Shown: positions 16,729-26,956, numbered from the stretch's first letter. The stretch: DNA of 64,000 bases from Polyangia bacterium (GCA_046484285.1 JAWOBP010000209.1:659-64658); one strand, 5' to 3'. Notes: generated by a model not told the origin, from the letters alone. Program-made: numbers and translations.

Positions 16729-17481
16729 CTACTTGTTGCCCGTTCCGTACAGGTAGCTGTCGATGATATCCTCGAACGTGCCGTCGCCCCACAGGCCGTT
16801 GTTGGTGTTGGGGATCTTCTCGCCGCAGAGGAACACGGAGGGCGTGCCGCTGACTCCCTGGGCCAGACCCTGGTCCTTGTCCCACTGCAGGAACGACATC
16901 GTCTGATCGGACGCCATCACCTCCTCGACCTGGGTCATTTCCAGCTGGAGCTGGTTCTCGAGGTAGGAGAGCGACTCGTCGATCGAAGGTCGCTCGTCGT
17001 CGTTCATCTTGTCGTAGTACCAGTCGTGGAAGGCCCAGAAGTACTCCTGGCCCTGCATCTGGGCGGCTACCGAGAGCGCTTGCAGATCCCAGATCTCCTG
17101 GTAGCTGAACGGGAAGTGGTGGTAATAGAGCCGCACGCGCGCCCGGTAGTCCTCGCGCTTTTCCCACAGGTCGTGCTCTATGTCCTTGAACGTCGCGCAC
17201 CACGGGCAGTGGAAGTGGGCGAACTCGACCAGCACCAGGTCGGGGCTCTCCTCGCCGCCTATGTAGGGGCTGTAGCTGTTGTTGAACAGGTCGGGTGTGC
17301 CTTCGGGGCAGAGGCTGCCCGCTCCGGCGTCGTCTCCCGCGTCGGTGTCGAACCAGTCGCCGCCGTCGAAATCCCCGGCGTCGGGATCGAAGGATTCCTC
17401 AATCGTGGGATTTCGGCATCCGGCAATCGCCGCGCAGACCGCCGCGAACAGAGCCAATCGCCAAAGAACATGCTCGATCAT
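16729..17481 (-). CDS. DsbA/thioredoxin-fold lipoprotein
   Basis: Lipobox AIAGC, active site CPWC, YHHFP and GVSGTP (cis-Pro). RBS GAGGTGAGG. Confidence 0.8.
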   Translation of the reverse strand: MIEHVLWRLALFAAVCAAIAGCRNPTIEESFDPDAGDFDGGDWFDTDAGDDAGAGSLCPEGTPDLFNNSYSPYIGGEESPDLVLVEFAHFHCPWCATFKDIEHDLWEKREDYRARVRLYYHHFPFSYQEIWDLQALSVAAQMQGQEYFWAFHDWYYDKMNDDERPSIDESLSYLENQLQLEMTQVEEVMASDQTMSFLQWDKDQGLAQGVSGTPSVFLCGEKIPNTNNGLWGDGTFEDIIDSYLYGTGNK

Positions 17482-17564
17482 GGCCGACCTCACCTCCTCA
17501 TCGACAACACTATATCATCATATCTCGCGCGCGATAATCGACCAAAATGTAAAGGATGTGGAGA

Positions 17565-17593
17565 TTGACACCTTCCTCGCCTGCATCTACCAA
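17565..17593 (+). promoter_or_regulatory. Possible sigma-70 promoter of purC-hpt
   Basis: A perfect TTGACA, a 17-nt spacer and a weak -10 (TACCAA). Confidence 0.35.
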
Positions 17594-17643
17594 GTAACGA
17601 GCGCCACTCATCCGACGAGAAGGAAAACAGAGGAGAACGGCTC

Positions 17644-18609
17644 ATGGTGGACCGAGAGACCATCGCAGCGCAGCTGAGCAGGACGGTGGAAGCCACCGAT
17701 CTCGCCGCGCTCGGAGAACCGGCGCGAGGCAAGGTGCGCGACTCCTACGTGCGAGACGATCGCAGGTGGATCGTGACGACCGATCGCATCTCCGCGTTCG
17801 ACCGCGTGCTGGGGACGATTCCCTTCAAGGGCCAGGTGCTCAACCGCACCACCGAGTTCTGGTTCGACGCGACGCGGGAGCTGGTCCCGAATCACATGGT
17901 CGGCTGTCCCGATCCGCAGGTGATGGAGGTTGTCGACTGCGAGCCGCTGCCGGTCGAGATGGTGGTGCGCGCCTACCTGACCGGCTCCACCTCGACCTCG
18001 ATCTGGACGCACTACGAGCGCGGGGCGCGGGTCTTCTGCGGGAACCAGCTTCCCGACGGAATGCGCAAGCACCAGCGGCTCGCCCGTCCGGTCCTGACTC
18101 CGTCGACCAAGGCGGAGCAGGGCGATCACGACGTTTCGGTCTCCCGCGAGGAGATCCTGGCGATGGGTCGCATCAGCGCCGGGCAGTTCGATCGGATCGC
18201 CGAGGCCAGCCTGGCGCTGTTCGATTTCGGCCGGCGCCACTGCGCCGAGCAGGGCTTGATCCTGGTGGACACCAAGTTCGAGTTCGGCAGGACGCCGGAC
18301 GGAGAAATCGTGGTGATCGACGAGATCCTGACACCGGATTCCTCCCGCTTCTGGGAGGCCGACAGCTACGAGGAGCGGATCGCCCAGGGACGCGATCCGG
18401 AAGGCCTTGACAAGGAGTACGTCCGCGTCTGGCTGAAGCGGGAGCGCGGCTTCACCGGAGACGGGGATCTGCCCGCGATCCCGGACGAGGTGCGCGTCGA
18501 GGCCGCCTTGCGCTATATTCACGCCTGCGAGCGGGTCACCGGCACCCCGTTCGAGCCCGAGCCCGGCGACCCGCTGGAGCGGATCGCCCGCAACCTGGAG
18601 GAGAAGTGA
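17644..18609 (+). CDS. purC: SAICAR synthetase (second copy, high-GC segment)
   Basis: Motifs [41 protein letters not shown] and DKEYVR. Confidence 0.95.
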   Translation: MVDRETIAAQLSRTVEATDLAALGEPARGKVRDSYVRDDRRWIVTTDRISAFDRVLGTIPFKGQVLNRTTEFWFDATRELVPNHMVGCPDPQVMEVVDCEPLPVEMVVRAYLTGSTSTSIWTHYERGARVFCGNQLPDGMRKHQRLARPVLTPSTKAEQGDHDVSVSREEILAMGRISAGQFDRIAEASLALFDFGRRHCAEQGLILVDTKFEFGRTPDGEIVVIDEILTPDSSRFWEADSYEERIAQGRDPEGLDKEYVRVWLKRERGFTGDGDLPAIPDEVRVEAALRYIHACERVTGTPFEPEPGDPLERIARNLEEK

Positions 18610-18619
18610 GGGAAGGACG

Positions 18620-19237
18620 GTGACTGCTCCGGATTCGATGCCCAGCTTCAAGACCCTGATCGACGCCGAGACGGTCGAAGCGCGCGTCTTGGAAATGGGT
18701 CGCAGCATCGCAGACGACTACCGCGATCGCGACCTGACCGCGCTGGTCGTGCTCAAGGGGAGCTTCGTCTTCGCCGCCGACCTGCTGCGCGCGATCTCCC
18801 TGCCGCTGCGGGTCGAGTTCATCGGCCTGCGCTCCTATGGATCGCGGATGACGACCTCCGGCGTCGTGGAGATCACGCTCGACGTGAAGTACCCGCTGGG
18901 CGGGCGGGACGTGCTGGTCGTCGAGGACATCGTGGACACGGGTCTGACGCTCTCCTACCTGCGCGACAACCTGGCGACGCGGCAGCCGAGCTCGATCCGG
19001 ATCGCCTCGTTGCTGCACAAGCCGTCGCGCACGATCGAAAAGGTTCCGATCGATTACCTCGGATTCACGATCCCCGACGAGTTCGTCGTCGGCTACGGTC
19101 TCGACTACAATGGGCGTTTTCGCAATCTGCCTTACATCGCCACGATGGAGGATCCGAGCCAGCTGGATCTCTTCGACTATCTTCGGGGCGACCAGACCGG
19201 TCGAGCGCGACCGGCGGATACAGGAGACGAGAAATGA
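18620..19237 (+). CDS. hpt: Hypoxanthine phosphoribosyltransferase
   Basis: Motifs VLKGS, PRPP-binding [13 protein letters not shown] and FVVGYGLDY...RNLP. Confidence 0.93.
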   Translation: MTAPDSMPSFKTLIDAETVEARVLEMGRSIADDYRDRDLTALVVLKGSFVFAADLLRAISLPLRVEFIGLRSYGSRMTTSGVVEITLDVKYPLGGRDVLVVEDIVDTGLTLSYLRDNLATRQPSSIRIASLLHKPSRTIEKVPIDYLGFTIPDEFVVGYGLDYNGRFRNLPYIATMEDPSQLDLFDYLRGDQTGRARPADTGDEK

Positions 19238-19593
19238 AGACCGAGGACAAGGTTCAGATCTGCAAGGTGGCGGCCCAGGCCGTGCTCTCGGACGGCCGGC
19301 TGACCGACGAGGAACGGGGGCAGGTCTACCGCCTGATGGATCGCTACGAGCTTACCGAGGAGCAGCGGGCCGACGTGTTGAACCGCAACATCGAGGACGA
19401 TGTATCCGGGCTCGCCGCCGGTTTGACCGAGTTCGATTCCAAAAACGAGCTGCTGGTCGAGCTGGCGATGGCCGTGGCCGCCGACGGCGATCTCTCCAGG
19501 CCGGAGCAACGGCTGCTCGAGAGCGTCGCCGACGCGCTCGAGGTCGACCGCGACGAGCTGGAGATGCTGGTCGAGACCGCGCTGATCCGCTGA
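19234..19593 (+). CDS. TerB-family protein
   Basis: Two TerB-type motifs, SDGRLTDEE and [14 protein letters not shown] overlap with hpt. Confidence 0.7.
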   Translation: MKTEDKVQICKVAAQAVLSDGRLTDEERGQVYRLMDRYELTEEQRADVLNRNIEDDVSGLAAGLTEFDSKNELLVELAMAVAADGDLSRPEQRLLESVADALEVDRDELEMLVETALIR

Positions 19594-19700
19594 TCCCTCG
19601 GCGGACGGCGCCGCCTCGACGCTCCCTTGCCATGCCGCGACGGTCTCTGCTCCGGAACCGATTCGAACAATACGCGCTGCAGGTTTTTCCGGGGAGATCC

Positions 19701-19808
19701 GGCGGGGAGCACAGCTGCGCGATCCTCGAGGGCGGCGGCGCGATCTGCCGGGGGTGGGACCAGTGGGGTCAGCCCGGGTAGGGCAACACGGAGAACGTCG
19801 GCGGCGAC
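19701..19808 (+). pseudogene. RCC1-repeat remnant
   Basis: It reads GGEHSCAILEGGGAICRGWDQWGQPG*GNTENVG, compared with the typical GxxHTCA...CWG.N..GQLGYGNTENVG. It contains an internal TAG. Confidence 0.65.
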
Positions 19809-19920
19809 AAGGCCCGCTCATTCGCTTCGAATCGGGGTATCGCGGTCGAGCGCCGCCCTCGTCGGGACCCACTGCCCGAGAAAATTTTTCGACAGCGCGG
19901 ATGGCTCCCCCTGTCCGAGT

Positions 19921-19948
19921 TTGACTAACTCCGCTTCGGTCATAGAGT
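19921..19948 (+). promoter_or_regulatory. Possible sigma-70 promoter of sufCB overlapping a TGAC-N13-GTCA inverted motif
   Basis: TTGACT, a 16-nt spacer and TAGAGT. Confidence 0.35.
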
Positions 19949-19996
19949 AATCACGTGGCTCCGCGGGCCCCGGCCCGCCAACGCGTCGAGGTCAGC

Positions 19997-20776
19997 ATGT
20001 CGAACCTGCTCGAAGTCCACGATCTCCACGTCAGCGTGGGAGATACGGAGTTGCTCCGTGGGATCGAGCTGACTGTTCCACGAGGAGCGGTCCACGCCCT
20101 GCTGGGTCCCAACGGCTGCGGCAAGACCACCTTGATGATGTCGGTGATGGGCTTCGACAAGTACCGGATCACCAAGGGGAGCATCATCTTCGACGGCGAG
20201 GACATCACCGGTCTCGATCTCACACAGCGGGCTCAACGCGGGCTGGGGATCGCCCTGCAGCGCCCGCCTACCATCCCCGGTGTGCGCCTGGGCGACGTGC
20301 TCGATTTCGCCGCGGGCGGAGACAGCGAGCGCTTCGAGAATCTCTCGCGCTACGTCGAAGAAGCCCGCATGCAGAACTTCGTCCAGCGGCCGCTCAACCA
20401 GGACCTTTCCGGCGGCGAGATCAAGCGCTCCGAGGTGCTGCAGATGCTGGCCACCAGACCGCGCTTCGCGATGCTGGACGAGCCCGGCTCCGGCGTGGAC
20501 CTGGACTCTTTGGTCGTGCTGGGTCGGTTGATCAACGATTTTTTCAGCCGGGACGAATCTCATCCGGCGCTGCGCAAGGCCGGTCTGATCATCACCCACT
20601 CGTCGCACATCCTGGACTACGTCGAGGTGGACAAGGCCCACGTGATGCTCGAAGGGCGGCTGACCTGCCACGGCAACCCCCGCCTGGTGCTGGAAAAGAT
20701 CAGAAGCTGCGGGTTCGAGGAGTGCATTCACTGCCTCGGCAGCGGCGACCGGACCGAGGCGGCCCTGGCCGAGTGA
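19997..20776 (+). CDS. sufC: SufC-like ABC ATPase (SmsC type)
   Basis: Motifs GPNGCGKT, LSGGEIKRSE, LDEP and ITH. The C-terminus carries C-X18-C-X2-C (CHGNP...ECIHC). Confidence 0.85.
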   Translation: MSNLLEVHDLHVSVGDTELLRGIELTVPRGAVHALLGPNGCGKTTLMMSVMGFDKYRITKGSIIFDGEDITGLDLTQRAQRGLGIALQRPPTIPGVRLGDVLDFAAGGDSERFENLSRYVEEARMQNFVQRPLNQDLSGGEIKRSEVLQMLATRPRFAMLDEPGSGVDLDSLVVLGRLINDFFSRDESHPALRKAGLIITHSSHILDYVEVDKAHVMLEGRLTCHGNPRLVLEKIRSCGFEECIHCLGSGDRTEAALAE

Positions 20777-20785
20777 GGAATACGA

Positions 20786-21904
20786 GTGACTGAAGCAAGA
20801 CTGCCGATCGACAAAAGCGACGCCCGATCCCTGGCCCGGGTCGGAATCACGGACGACCCTTCCGAACGCTCGGGCTCTTTCGTTCTGCGCGACGACGAGC
20901 CGGTCTGCTCCCAGGCCGACGCGGACGGCTTGGAGCTCGAGTTGATCGAGATCGCTCTCCAGCGCCACGACTGGCTGCGCCGCGATCACTACTGGAAGCT
21001 GGTCGATCCCGAAACGGACGAGTACACCCGCTCTCTTCACGCGATGGAAAGGCCCCAGGGCTTCTTCTTGCGCGTGCGCGCCGGCGAGAAAGTCGTCCTG
21101 CCCGCCCAGACCGGGCTGTTCCTCGCCAGCGAGGGAACGACGCAGCGCGTGCACAACATCGTGGTGCTCGAGGAAGGCTCCGAGCTGCACCTGATCACCG
21201 GCTGCGTCCTCAGGGGCGGCGCCGCCGGCGGCGATCACTGGGCGGTCACCGAAGCCTACATCGGCAAGGACGCCCATCTGGTAAACACGATGGTCCACAG
21301 CTGGGGCCCCGAGGCCGAGGTCTACCCCCACGCCGGAACCCGCGTCGAGGCCGGAGGCTCCTACACTAGCAACTACGTGTCGCTCAAGCCGGTGCGCAAG
21401 GTGGTCAGCAATCCCCGGACCTGGCTGGTCGGAGCCGGCGCTGACGTCACTTACAACAGCGTGATCATGGGCGCCGCCGACTCCGTGATCGACACCGGAG
21501 GCGAGGTCTTTCTCCAGGCTCCCGACACCGCCGCCCAGATCCTGCACCGCGGAATCTGCTCCCAGGGGCGCATCTTCCAGCGCGGCCTGGTCGTCGGCGA
21601 GGACCGCTGCCGGGCCCACGTGGACTGCTCCGGGTTGATCATCGACCCGGGCGAGGAGGGCTTCATCTCCTCGGTCCCCTCCCTGCGCTCGCGCCACGTC
21701 GATGCCGAGCTCTCCCACGAGGCGAGCATCGGCAAGATCGCTCCCGAGCAGGTCGAATACCTCGAATCGCGGGGAATGACCGAGAGTCAGGCGATCGGGA
21801 TGATCATCCGCGGCTTCCTCGACACCGATATCGAAGGCCTGGGCGCGGAGCTGGACGGTCAGATCGCGGAGATAGCGGCCCTGGCCAGGTCCGCCGAAGG
21901 ATAG
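20786..21904 (+). CDS. sufB: SufB/SufD-family Fe-S scaffold (SmsB type)
   Basis: Motifs VHNIVVLEEGSELHLITGC, AHVDCSGL and LSHEASIGKIAPEQVEYLESRG...IIRGFL. Confidence 0.85.
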   Translation: MTEARLPIDKSDARSLARVGITDDPSERSGSFVLRDDEPVCSQADADGLELELIEIALQRHDWLRRDHYWKLVDPETDEYTRSLHAMERPQGFFLRVRAGEKVVLPAQTGLFLASEGTTQRVHNIVVLEEGSELHLITGCVLRGGAAGGDHWAVTEAYIGKDAHLVNTMVHSWGPEAEVYPHAGTRVEAGGSYTSNYVSLKPVRKVVSNPRTWLVGAGADVTYNSVIMGAADSVIDTGGEVFLQAPDTAAQILHRGICSQGRIFQRGLVVGEDRCRAHVDCSGLIIDPGEEGFISSVPSLRSRHVDAELSHEASIGKIAPEQVEYLESRGMTESQAIGMIIRGFLDTDIEGLGAELDGQIAEIAALARSAEG

Positions 21905-21926
21905 CCCGCTCGAAGCTGCCGATCTA

Positions 21927-22553
21927 TCATTGCTGTCCGGGCCCGGCCACGGAGTAGCAGCGTCCGTGCTGCCCGGATGTCATGCTCAGCGTGCCGCGCA
22001 AGACCAGATCGTCGAGCACGGTCTGCGCTCGACCCTTGGGCAGGCCGAGACGCGCCGAGACCGGCTCGGCGTCCGTGCCGGGATTCCTGGAAACGAAATC
22101 GACGACCGCCTCCTCGAGCCGCTCCCGCTCGGCGCGGCGGTACGACGAAACGACCGTCGGGCGCGGCTTCGGCGCCGGAGCCGGAGCGGCGGCCTCGGGC
22201 TCCGGTTCCGGAGTTGGGGCGGCGGCCTCCGGCTCCGGTTCCGGGGTTGGGGCGGCGGCCTCCGGCTCCGGCTGCGCCGGTTTCTCGGGCTCCGGTTCCT
22301 TCACGGGCTCGGCCAGAGTCGCTGCCTCTTTCTCGGTCTTCTTCCTTTGCGCAGCCTTTTTCCCCGGAATTCTCTTCTTGCGCGGCGCAGTCGCTCTCTC
22401 GCCCGGCAGCCGGGACGATCGCTGCTCGCGATCGGAGATCAGATTCAGCAGCTCGTCGACCGTCAACCCGCGTATAATCCCCGCGACTTCACTCGCAAGC
22501 CCGGCCGCAATCTCCTCGAGATCCAACTCGAGATTCGTCTTCACATCAGCCAT
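21927..22553 (-). CDS. Putative DNA-binding protein: N-terminal helical domain, Lys/Pro/Glu-rich linker, C-terminal winged-helix
   Basis: N-terminus IIRGLTVDELL, basic patch RKKRIPGKK and C-terminus VVDFVSRNPG...VSARLGL...VLDDLVLRGTL...G...Y. Confidence 0.6.
   Translation of the reverse strand: MADVKTNLELDLEEIAAGLASEVAGIIRGLTVDELLNLISDREQRSSRLPGERATAPRKKRIPGKKAAQRKKTEKEAATLAEPVKEPEPEKPAQPEPEAAAPTPEPEPEAAAPTPEPEPEAAAPAPAPKPRPTVVSSYRRAERERLEEAVVDFVSRNPGTDAEPVSARLGLPKGRAQTVLDDLVLRGTLSMTSGQHGRCYSVAGPGQQ
22180..22272 (-). repeat. 33-nt in-frame tandem repeat (EPEAAAPTPEP), about 3 copies
   Basis: The unit GGCGGCGGCCTCCGGCTCCGGTTCCGG(A/G)GTTGG repeats within the CDS. Confidence 0.85.
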
Positions 22554-22732
22554 CGCTCTCCTCTTTCACAGTTCGCGATCTTGGGGTTATGCCTTGAAAA
22601 ACGGCGCAACGCAAAGGGTGATTTTCGTATTTCTCCTAGAAAATCAAGGCCAATCGCCACTGTAATAACCGGCAATCAGCCAACGGCGGCAAAAACCTGC
22701 TAAACTCGATGCCATTCGAAGGAGCTGACAAA

Positions 22733-24682
22733 ATGAGCGACACATCAAAGAACTCCATGGCCATCTCCTCGCCGCTGCTGTCGGCCGTGCTGCTCGCGGG
22801 CCTGCTGGCGGGCTGCGGTGGAGGCTCGGGCAACGACGGTGACGACGACACCGACACCGCCGGCGACGCCGATACGGACGGAGACAGCGACAGCGACACC
22901 GACGCCGACGCCGACGGCGACACCGACACCGACGCCGACGGCGACTCGGACTACGTTCCGGTCGACCCCGCTTGCGGCACGAGCGAGGCTCCCGATCTCG
23001 GCGAGGATTTCTTCGTCGACATCTCGGAGTCGAGCGGCATCCGCGACGAGAACTTCGACCCGGATCCGCCGCAGACGATTCCGATCAACGATCACAGCCG
23101 CCTGGGCTTCGCCGACATCAACGGCGACGGCTACGACGATGCGGTGATGCACAGCCTGTTCCCCAATCCCCAGGCCGGCATTCCGTTCGAGCACTTGGTC
23201 TTCCTCAACAACGGCGACGGCACCTTCACCAACTTCAGCGACGAGTCGGGGCTGCGCGACGTGCAGGCCGGCTTCTTCGTCTTCGGCGACGTGGACAACG
23301 ACGGCGACCAGGACTGCTTCGCCGGGCTCGACATCCCGGATCTGACCGGCGAGACGCATCAGCTGCTGCTCAACGACGGCGACGGACACTTCTCCAAGCT
23401 CGAGAGCTCGGGGCTCGAGGGCAGCAGCGGCCAGACCTACGCGGGCAACGCCGTCTTCGCCGACTTCGACGGAGACGCCAACATCGACATCTACATCGCC
23501 GCCGGCCACACGGCATACCTGGCTCCGGACTCTCTTTTTTTCGGAAACGGCGACGGCACCTTCGTCGACGCGAGCTCCAACCTGACCTCGTCGGGCTACC
23601 AGCCCAGCAACGGATCGGTCGCCTGCGACTACGACAACGACGGAGACCAGGACATCTTCGTCTCGGTCTACGGCGTGAGCAACGGAGGCGGCCAGAACCT
23701 GCTGTGGGAGAACGACGGGACGGGCCACTTCACCAACGTGGCGGCCGAGCGCAACTTCGCCAGCCTGCCGACCGGCAACTACTGGCTGGAGAGCACCGGC
23801 CACGGCAGCGACTGGGAGCCCGACGCCGGGCCCGGGACCTACATCGGCTCGAACGGCTTCGGCCTGCAGTGCTCGGACGTCAACAACGACGGACTGCTCG
23901 ACGTGTTCGTCACCGCGATCTCGCATCCCAGCGAGATCGACCATACCCGCAAGTGGTCCGACCCGACGGTGTTGCTGATCAATCAGGGACCGGACCAGGG
24001 CTACATGTTCTGGAACCGCTTCTTGGAGCGTGGCCTGCCGTTCAACGAGGGCGACGTGGACGGTGCCGTGGTCGATTTCGACAACGACGGTTGCCTCGAC
24101 CTGTCCCTCTCGCGCGACAACAAGTACGAATCGGCCTACTCCGAGCAGGAGCAGAAAGCCTGGTTCGGGCTGATGCGACAGCTGCCGGGAGGCGACTTCG
24201 AATCGCTGGGGATCGCCAGTGGAATCAACGATCCGGACGGCGAGTGGAACCAGCTCAAGCGCGCCCAGAATCACGCCTGGAGCGACATCGACCGGGACGG
24301 CGACATGGATCTGCTCGTCGGCGGGCGCGGCGGCAGCGGAGGTCGTCCCAACTTCCTGTTCGAAAACGTGGTCGGTGAAACCAACGACTGGATCGGGTTC
24401 CACCTCGAGGGCGACGGCTCGGCGGTCAACCGCGACGCATTCGGCGCGCGCGTGACCCTGGAATGCGGCGAGCTGAGGTTGGTCCGCGAGGTGAAGTCCA
24501 GCCGCGGCATGTACGACTCGATGGACATGCGCACCCTGCACTTCGGCCTGGGAGGCCTGGACTGCGAGCCGGCGGCGCGCGTCGACTGGCCGGACGGCAC
24601 GTCCCACGGCTTCGCTCACGACGAGCTGACGATCGGCGCCTACCACCAGGTAGGCTACCCGGACTCGATCGCGGTGCAATGA
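22733..24682 (+). CDS. CRTAC1/ASPIC-UnbV family FG-GAP repeat lipoprotein
   Basis: Lipobox LLAGC and an Asp-X stalk, many D-x-D/N-x-DG-x-x-D motifs, and C-terminal NRDAFGARV...LHFGLG...WPDG. RBS AAGGAG. Confidence 0.85.
   Translation: MSDTSKNSMAISSPLLSAVLLAGLLAGCGGGSGNDGDDDTDTAGDADTDGDSDSDTDADADGDTDTDADGDSDYVPVDPACGTSEAPDLGEDFFVDISESSGIRDENFDPDPPQTIPINDHSRLGFADINGDGYDDAVMHSLFPNPQAGIPFEHLVFLNNGDGTFTNFSDESGLRDVQAGFFVFGDVDNDGDQDCFAGLDIPDLTGETHQLLLNDGDGHFSKLESSGLEGSSGQTYAGNAVFADFDGDANIDIYIAAGHTAYLAPDSLFFGNGDGTFVDASSNLTSSGYQPSNGSVACDYDNDGDQDIFVSVYGVSNGGGQNLLWENDGTGHFTNVAAERNFASLPTGNYWLESTGHGSDWEPDAGPGTYIGSNGFGLQCSDVNNDGLLDVFVTAISHPSEIDHTRKWSDPTVLLINQGPDQGYMFWNRFLERGLPFNEGDVDGAVVDFDNDGCLDLSLSRDNKYESAYSEQEQKAWFGLMRQLPGGDFESLGIASGINDPDGEWNQLKRAQNHAWSDIDRDGDMDLLVGGRGGSGGRPNFLFENVVGETNDWIGFHLEGDGSAVNRDAFGARVTLECGELRLVREVKSSRGMYDSMDMRTLHFGLGGLDCEPAARVDWPDGTSHGFAHDELTIGAYHQVGYPDSIAVQ
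22835..22952 (+). repeat. Asp-X dipeptide repeat tract
   Basis: Encodes DGDDDTDTAGDADTDGDSDSDTDADADGDTDTDADGDSD. Confidence 0.9.
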
Positions 24683-25737
24683 AAGATAGCTCGACCATGC
24701 CCGAGGCCGTTCCCCGAATGCGCATCGAGATCTCGATCGCCGGCAGAGCGCTGGCCTGGGTGGCGCTGCTCGCGTGCGCCTGCTCGAACGACCAGTCGCT
24801 CTTTTTGGACTCCGGACCCACCGACTCCGGGACCGATCCGACCGACACCGGCTCCAGCGACACCGGATCGGACAGCGGCGAACCGATCATCGAGGAGGAT
24901 CTCGACATCCCCTACGACCCGCCGCCTGGAGGCGACCCGGACAAGTCGCTGCTCGACCTCCACTACGTGCCCGACGGCGACCCGCTGCGACTGATGGTCT
25001 TCGTCCACGGGGGCAGCTGGATCGGCGGCGACAAGAGCAAGCTCGAGCTGGCCGAGGAGCTGGTGCCGTGGTTCGTCGATCGCGGCTTCGCCGTGGCGGC
25101 GCCCAACTTCAGGCTGGCCAGCGAGCCGCCCGGCCCGCAGGAGGTGACCTGGGCCGACCAGGCGACAGACCTGGCCTTCGCGCTCGCGTGGCTGATCGAG
25201 CACGGCGCCGACTACAACATCGAGGCGGAACCGGCGCTGCTGATGGGCTACTCCTCGGGCGCCCACCTGGTCGCACTGCTCGCCGCGGACGAGCACTACC
25301 TGGAGCTGGCGGGCCTAGCGCACGAAAGCCTGCTGGGTTCGATCTCGTTCGATGTCCACGCCTACGACGTGCCCTACGCGCTGGAGCTGATGCAGGACAG
25401 CGAGTTGGAGCAGAACATCGAGCTGATCGAGTTCCTCTTCGGCGAAACCGTCGAGGCTCAGCTCGCCGCGTCCCCGTCCAGCTATGCACCCGGCGCGCCC
25501 GACGTTCCGCCGGCGCTGCTGATCTCGGCCGACCCCTTCTCGCTGGAGGGCAGCAAGGGCTACATCGTTTTCCACGCCACGCAGAGCTACTGGCAACTCT
25601 TGCAGTCCGCGGGACACTCGGCCGACTGGCAGCACTACGAAAACGAGACGCATGCCTCTTTGGTGATCGACTTCGGCTCCGAGGGAGACGCTCCCACCGA
25701 GAAGGTGGCGGGCTTTTTGGAAGATCTGCCTCTCTGA
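24679..25737 (+). CDS. Alpha/beta-hydrolase (esterase/lipase) lipoprotein
   Basis: Oxyanion motif HGGSW, nucleophile elbow GYSSG and a late His (THAS). Lipobox ACAC and a short DS/DT tract. ATGA overlap with the upstream gene. Confidence 0.85.
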   Translation: MKDSSTMPEAVPRMRIEISIAGRALAWVALLACACSNDQSLFLDSGPTDSGTDPTDTGSSDTGSDSGEPIIEEDLDIPYDPPPGGDPDKSLLDLHYVPDGDPLRLMVFVHGGSWIGGDKSKLELAEELVPWFVDRGFAVAAPNFRLASEPPGPQEVTWADQATDLAFALAWLIEHGADYNIEAEPALLMGYSSGAHLVALLAADEHYLELAGLAHESLLGSISFDVHAYDVPYALELMQDSELEQNIELIEFLFGETVEAQLAASPSSYAPGAPDVPPALLISADPFSLEGSKGYIVFHATQSYWQLLQSAGHSADWQHYENETHASLVIDFGSEGDAPTEKVAGFLEDLPL

Positions 25738-25759
25738 AGAACCGGGCCGGCGAGCGCTC

Positions 25760-26851
25760 TCAGCCGAAGCCGTCGCGCTCGATCTTTTCCGAGTCGGCCG
25801 TTCCCAGGCCCTTCTCGACCGCGGTCTCCAGCCAGCGCGGCTCCCGCTTGTCCTCGGCCAGGCTGCGCATACCGTGAGCGGCCCGCTGGGAGTCGATCAT
25901 CTCGTAGGCCACGCTGTCCAGCGCGACCGGATCGGCTGCGGCGAGCACGGCGCCGGGACGCCACTGGTGCTCGAGCACCCGAGCCGGTCCGCCGTGGTAC
26001 TGCGCGGTCAACGCGTCGCAAAGAACCAACCGCAGCTTGCCCTCCACGTACTCGTGGTCGCTGACATCGGCGACAAAGGGATCGCAGTTGTCATCGTGGT
26101 AGCGGTTGGGATTGTGAATCGCCCCGTACATGTTCTTCATCCCGCAGCCGACCCCGGCCAGGTCGTGATCCTTGAGCACCGGGACATTGATCAGGGCGTC
26201 GGCGCGACGCGCCAGCACGTTGGACCACAGGCTGCCCACCTCCCCGGAGAATCGGATCTCTCGCTCGAAACCGAGATCGTCGTTGCCCGCGCAGCGCGGC
26301 CGACTGTCCGAGTAGCGATTCGGCTCGAAGCCGGCGCGCTTCAGCTCGCGGGTGGTGCGCTCCCAGATCCAGATTCGATCGTTGGAGACGCCGATCCGGT
26401 TCAGCCCGGCCACCAGCGCGTCCACCACCGCCGGCGAGGACGACATCCCCGGCCCGGCCAGGCAGTTGACCTTGATGCAGACCACCTCGTCCGGATCGAA
26501 CAGGGCGCGGAACGCCTCGGAAGTGTCCTTGACGTCCAGCAGCGACGCCAGGCTGCGATTGACCACGCCGGCGACGCGCCCGGCGTCGTGTCCGCCGCCG
26601 CCGAACACCTTGGCGTCGTCCCTCCGCACGACCCGCGGCCCGATCTCGTCGCGTCTCTCGGCACGCCCGGACGCGGCTTTTCCAGGAGCAGCGGCGGCTC
26701 CGGAAGCGCCCGCCTCGGCCTCGGCGCGCGCCGGCGGCCCCGAGCCGGAGCAGACGCCGGCGAACGGAGCCACCCCCAGCCCGACCGCAGCCGCGCACGA
26801 CTCGGAGAGAAAATCACGCCTCGTCTTCAACCGATTTTTCTTCTGACTCAT
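25760..26851 (-). CDS. DUF362-domain protein with Tat signal peptide
   Basis: Twin-arginine motif TRRDFL, then IKVN, INVPVLKDH...KNMYG and DPVALD. Confidence 0.8.
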   Translation of the reverse strand: MSQKKNRLKTRRDFLSESCAAAVGLGVAPFAGVCSGSGPPARAEAEAGASGAAAAPGKAASGRAERRDEIGPRVVRRDDAKVFGGGGHDAGRVAGVVNRSLASLLDVKDTSEAFRALFDPDEVVCIKVNCLAGPGMSSSPAVVDALVAGLNRIGVSNDRIWIWERTTRELKRAGFEPNRYSDSRPRCAGNDDLGFEREIRFSGEVGSLWSNVLARRADALINVPVLKDHDLAGVGCGMKNMYGAIHNPNRYHDDNCDPFVADVSDHEYVEGKLRLVLCDALTAQYHGGPARVLEHQWRPGAVLAAADPVALDSVAYEMIDSQRAAHGMRSLAEDKREPRWLETAVEKGLGTADSEKIERDGFG

Positions 26852-26956
26852 ACGAACGATGATACCTCGAGCGGCGGAATCATCCAGCGTGGAGCAATGA
26901 GCCGGCTTTTGTGGCACAATGATTCGGTGTGGAAAAACCGAGCGCAAGGAGCAACC

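Noticed and set aside
1545-18609. purC duplication within one genome
   Set aside because: The two copies lie on opposite sides of the junction and differ in GC and codon style. Two source genomes explain this better.
26912-26928. TGGCAC-N5-TTCG as a sigma-54 promoter
   Set aside because: The -12 element lacks the invariant GC.
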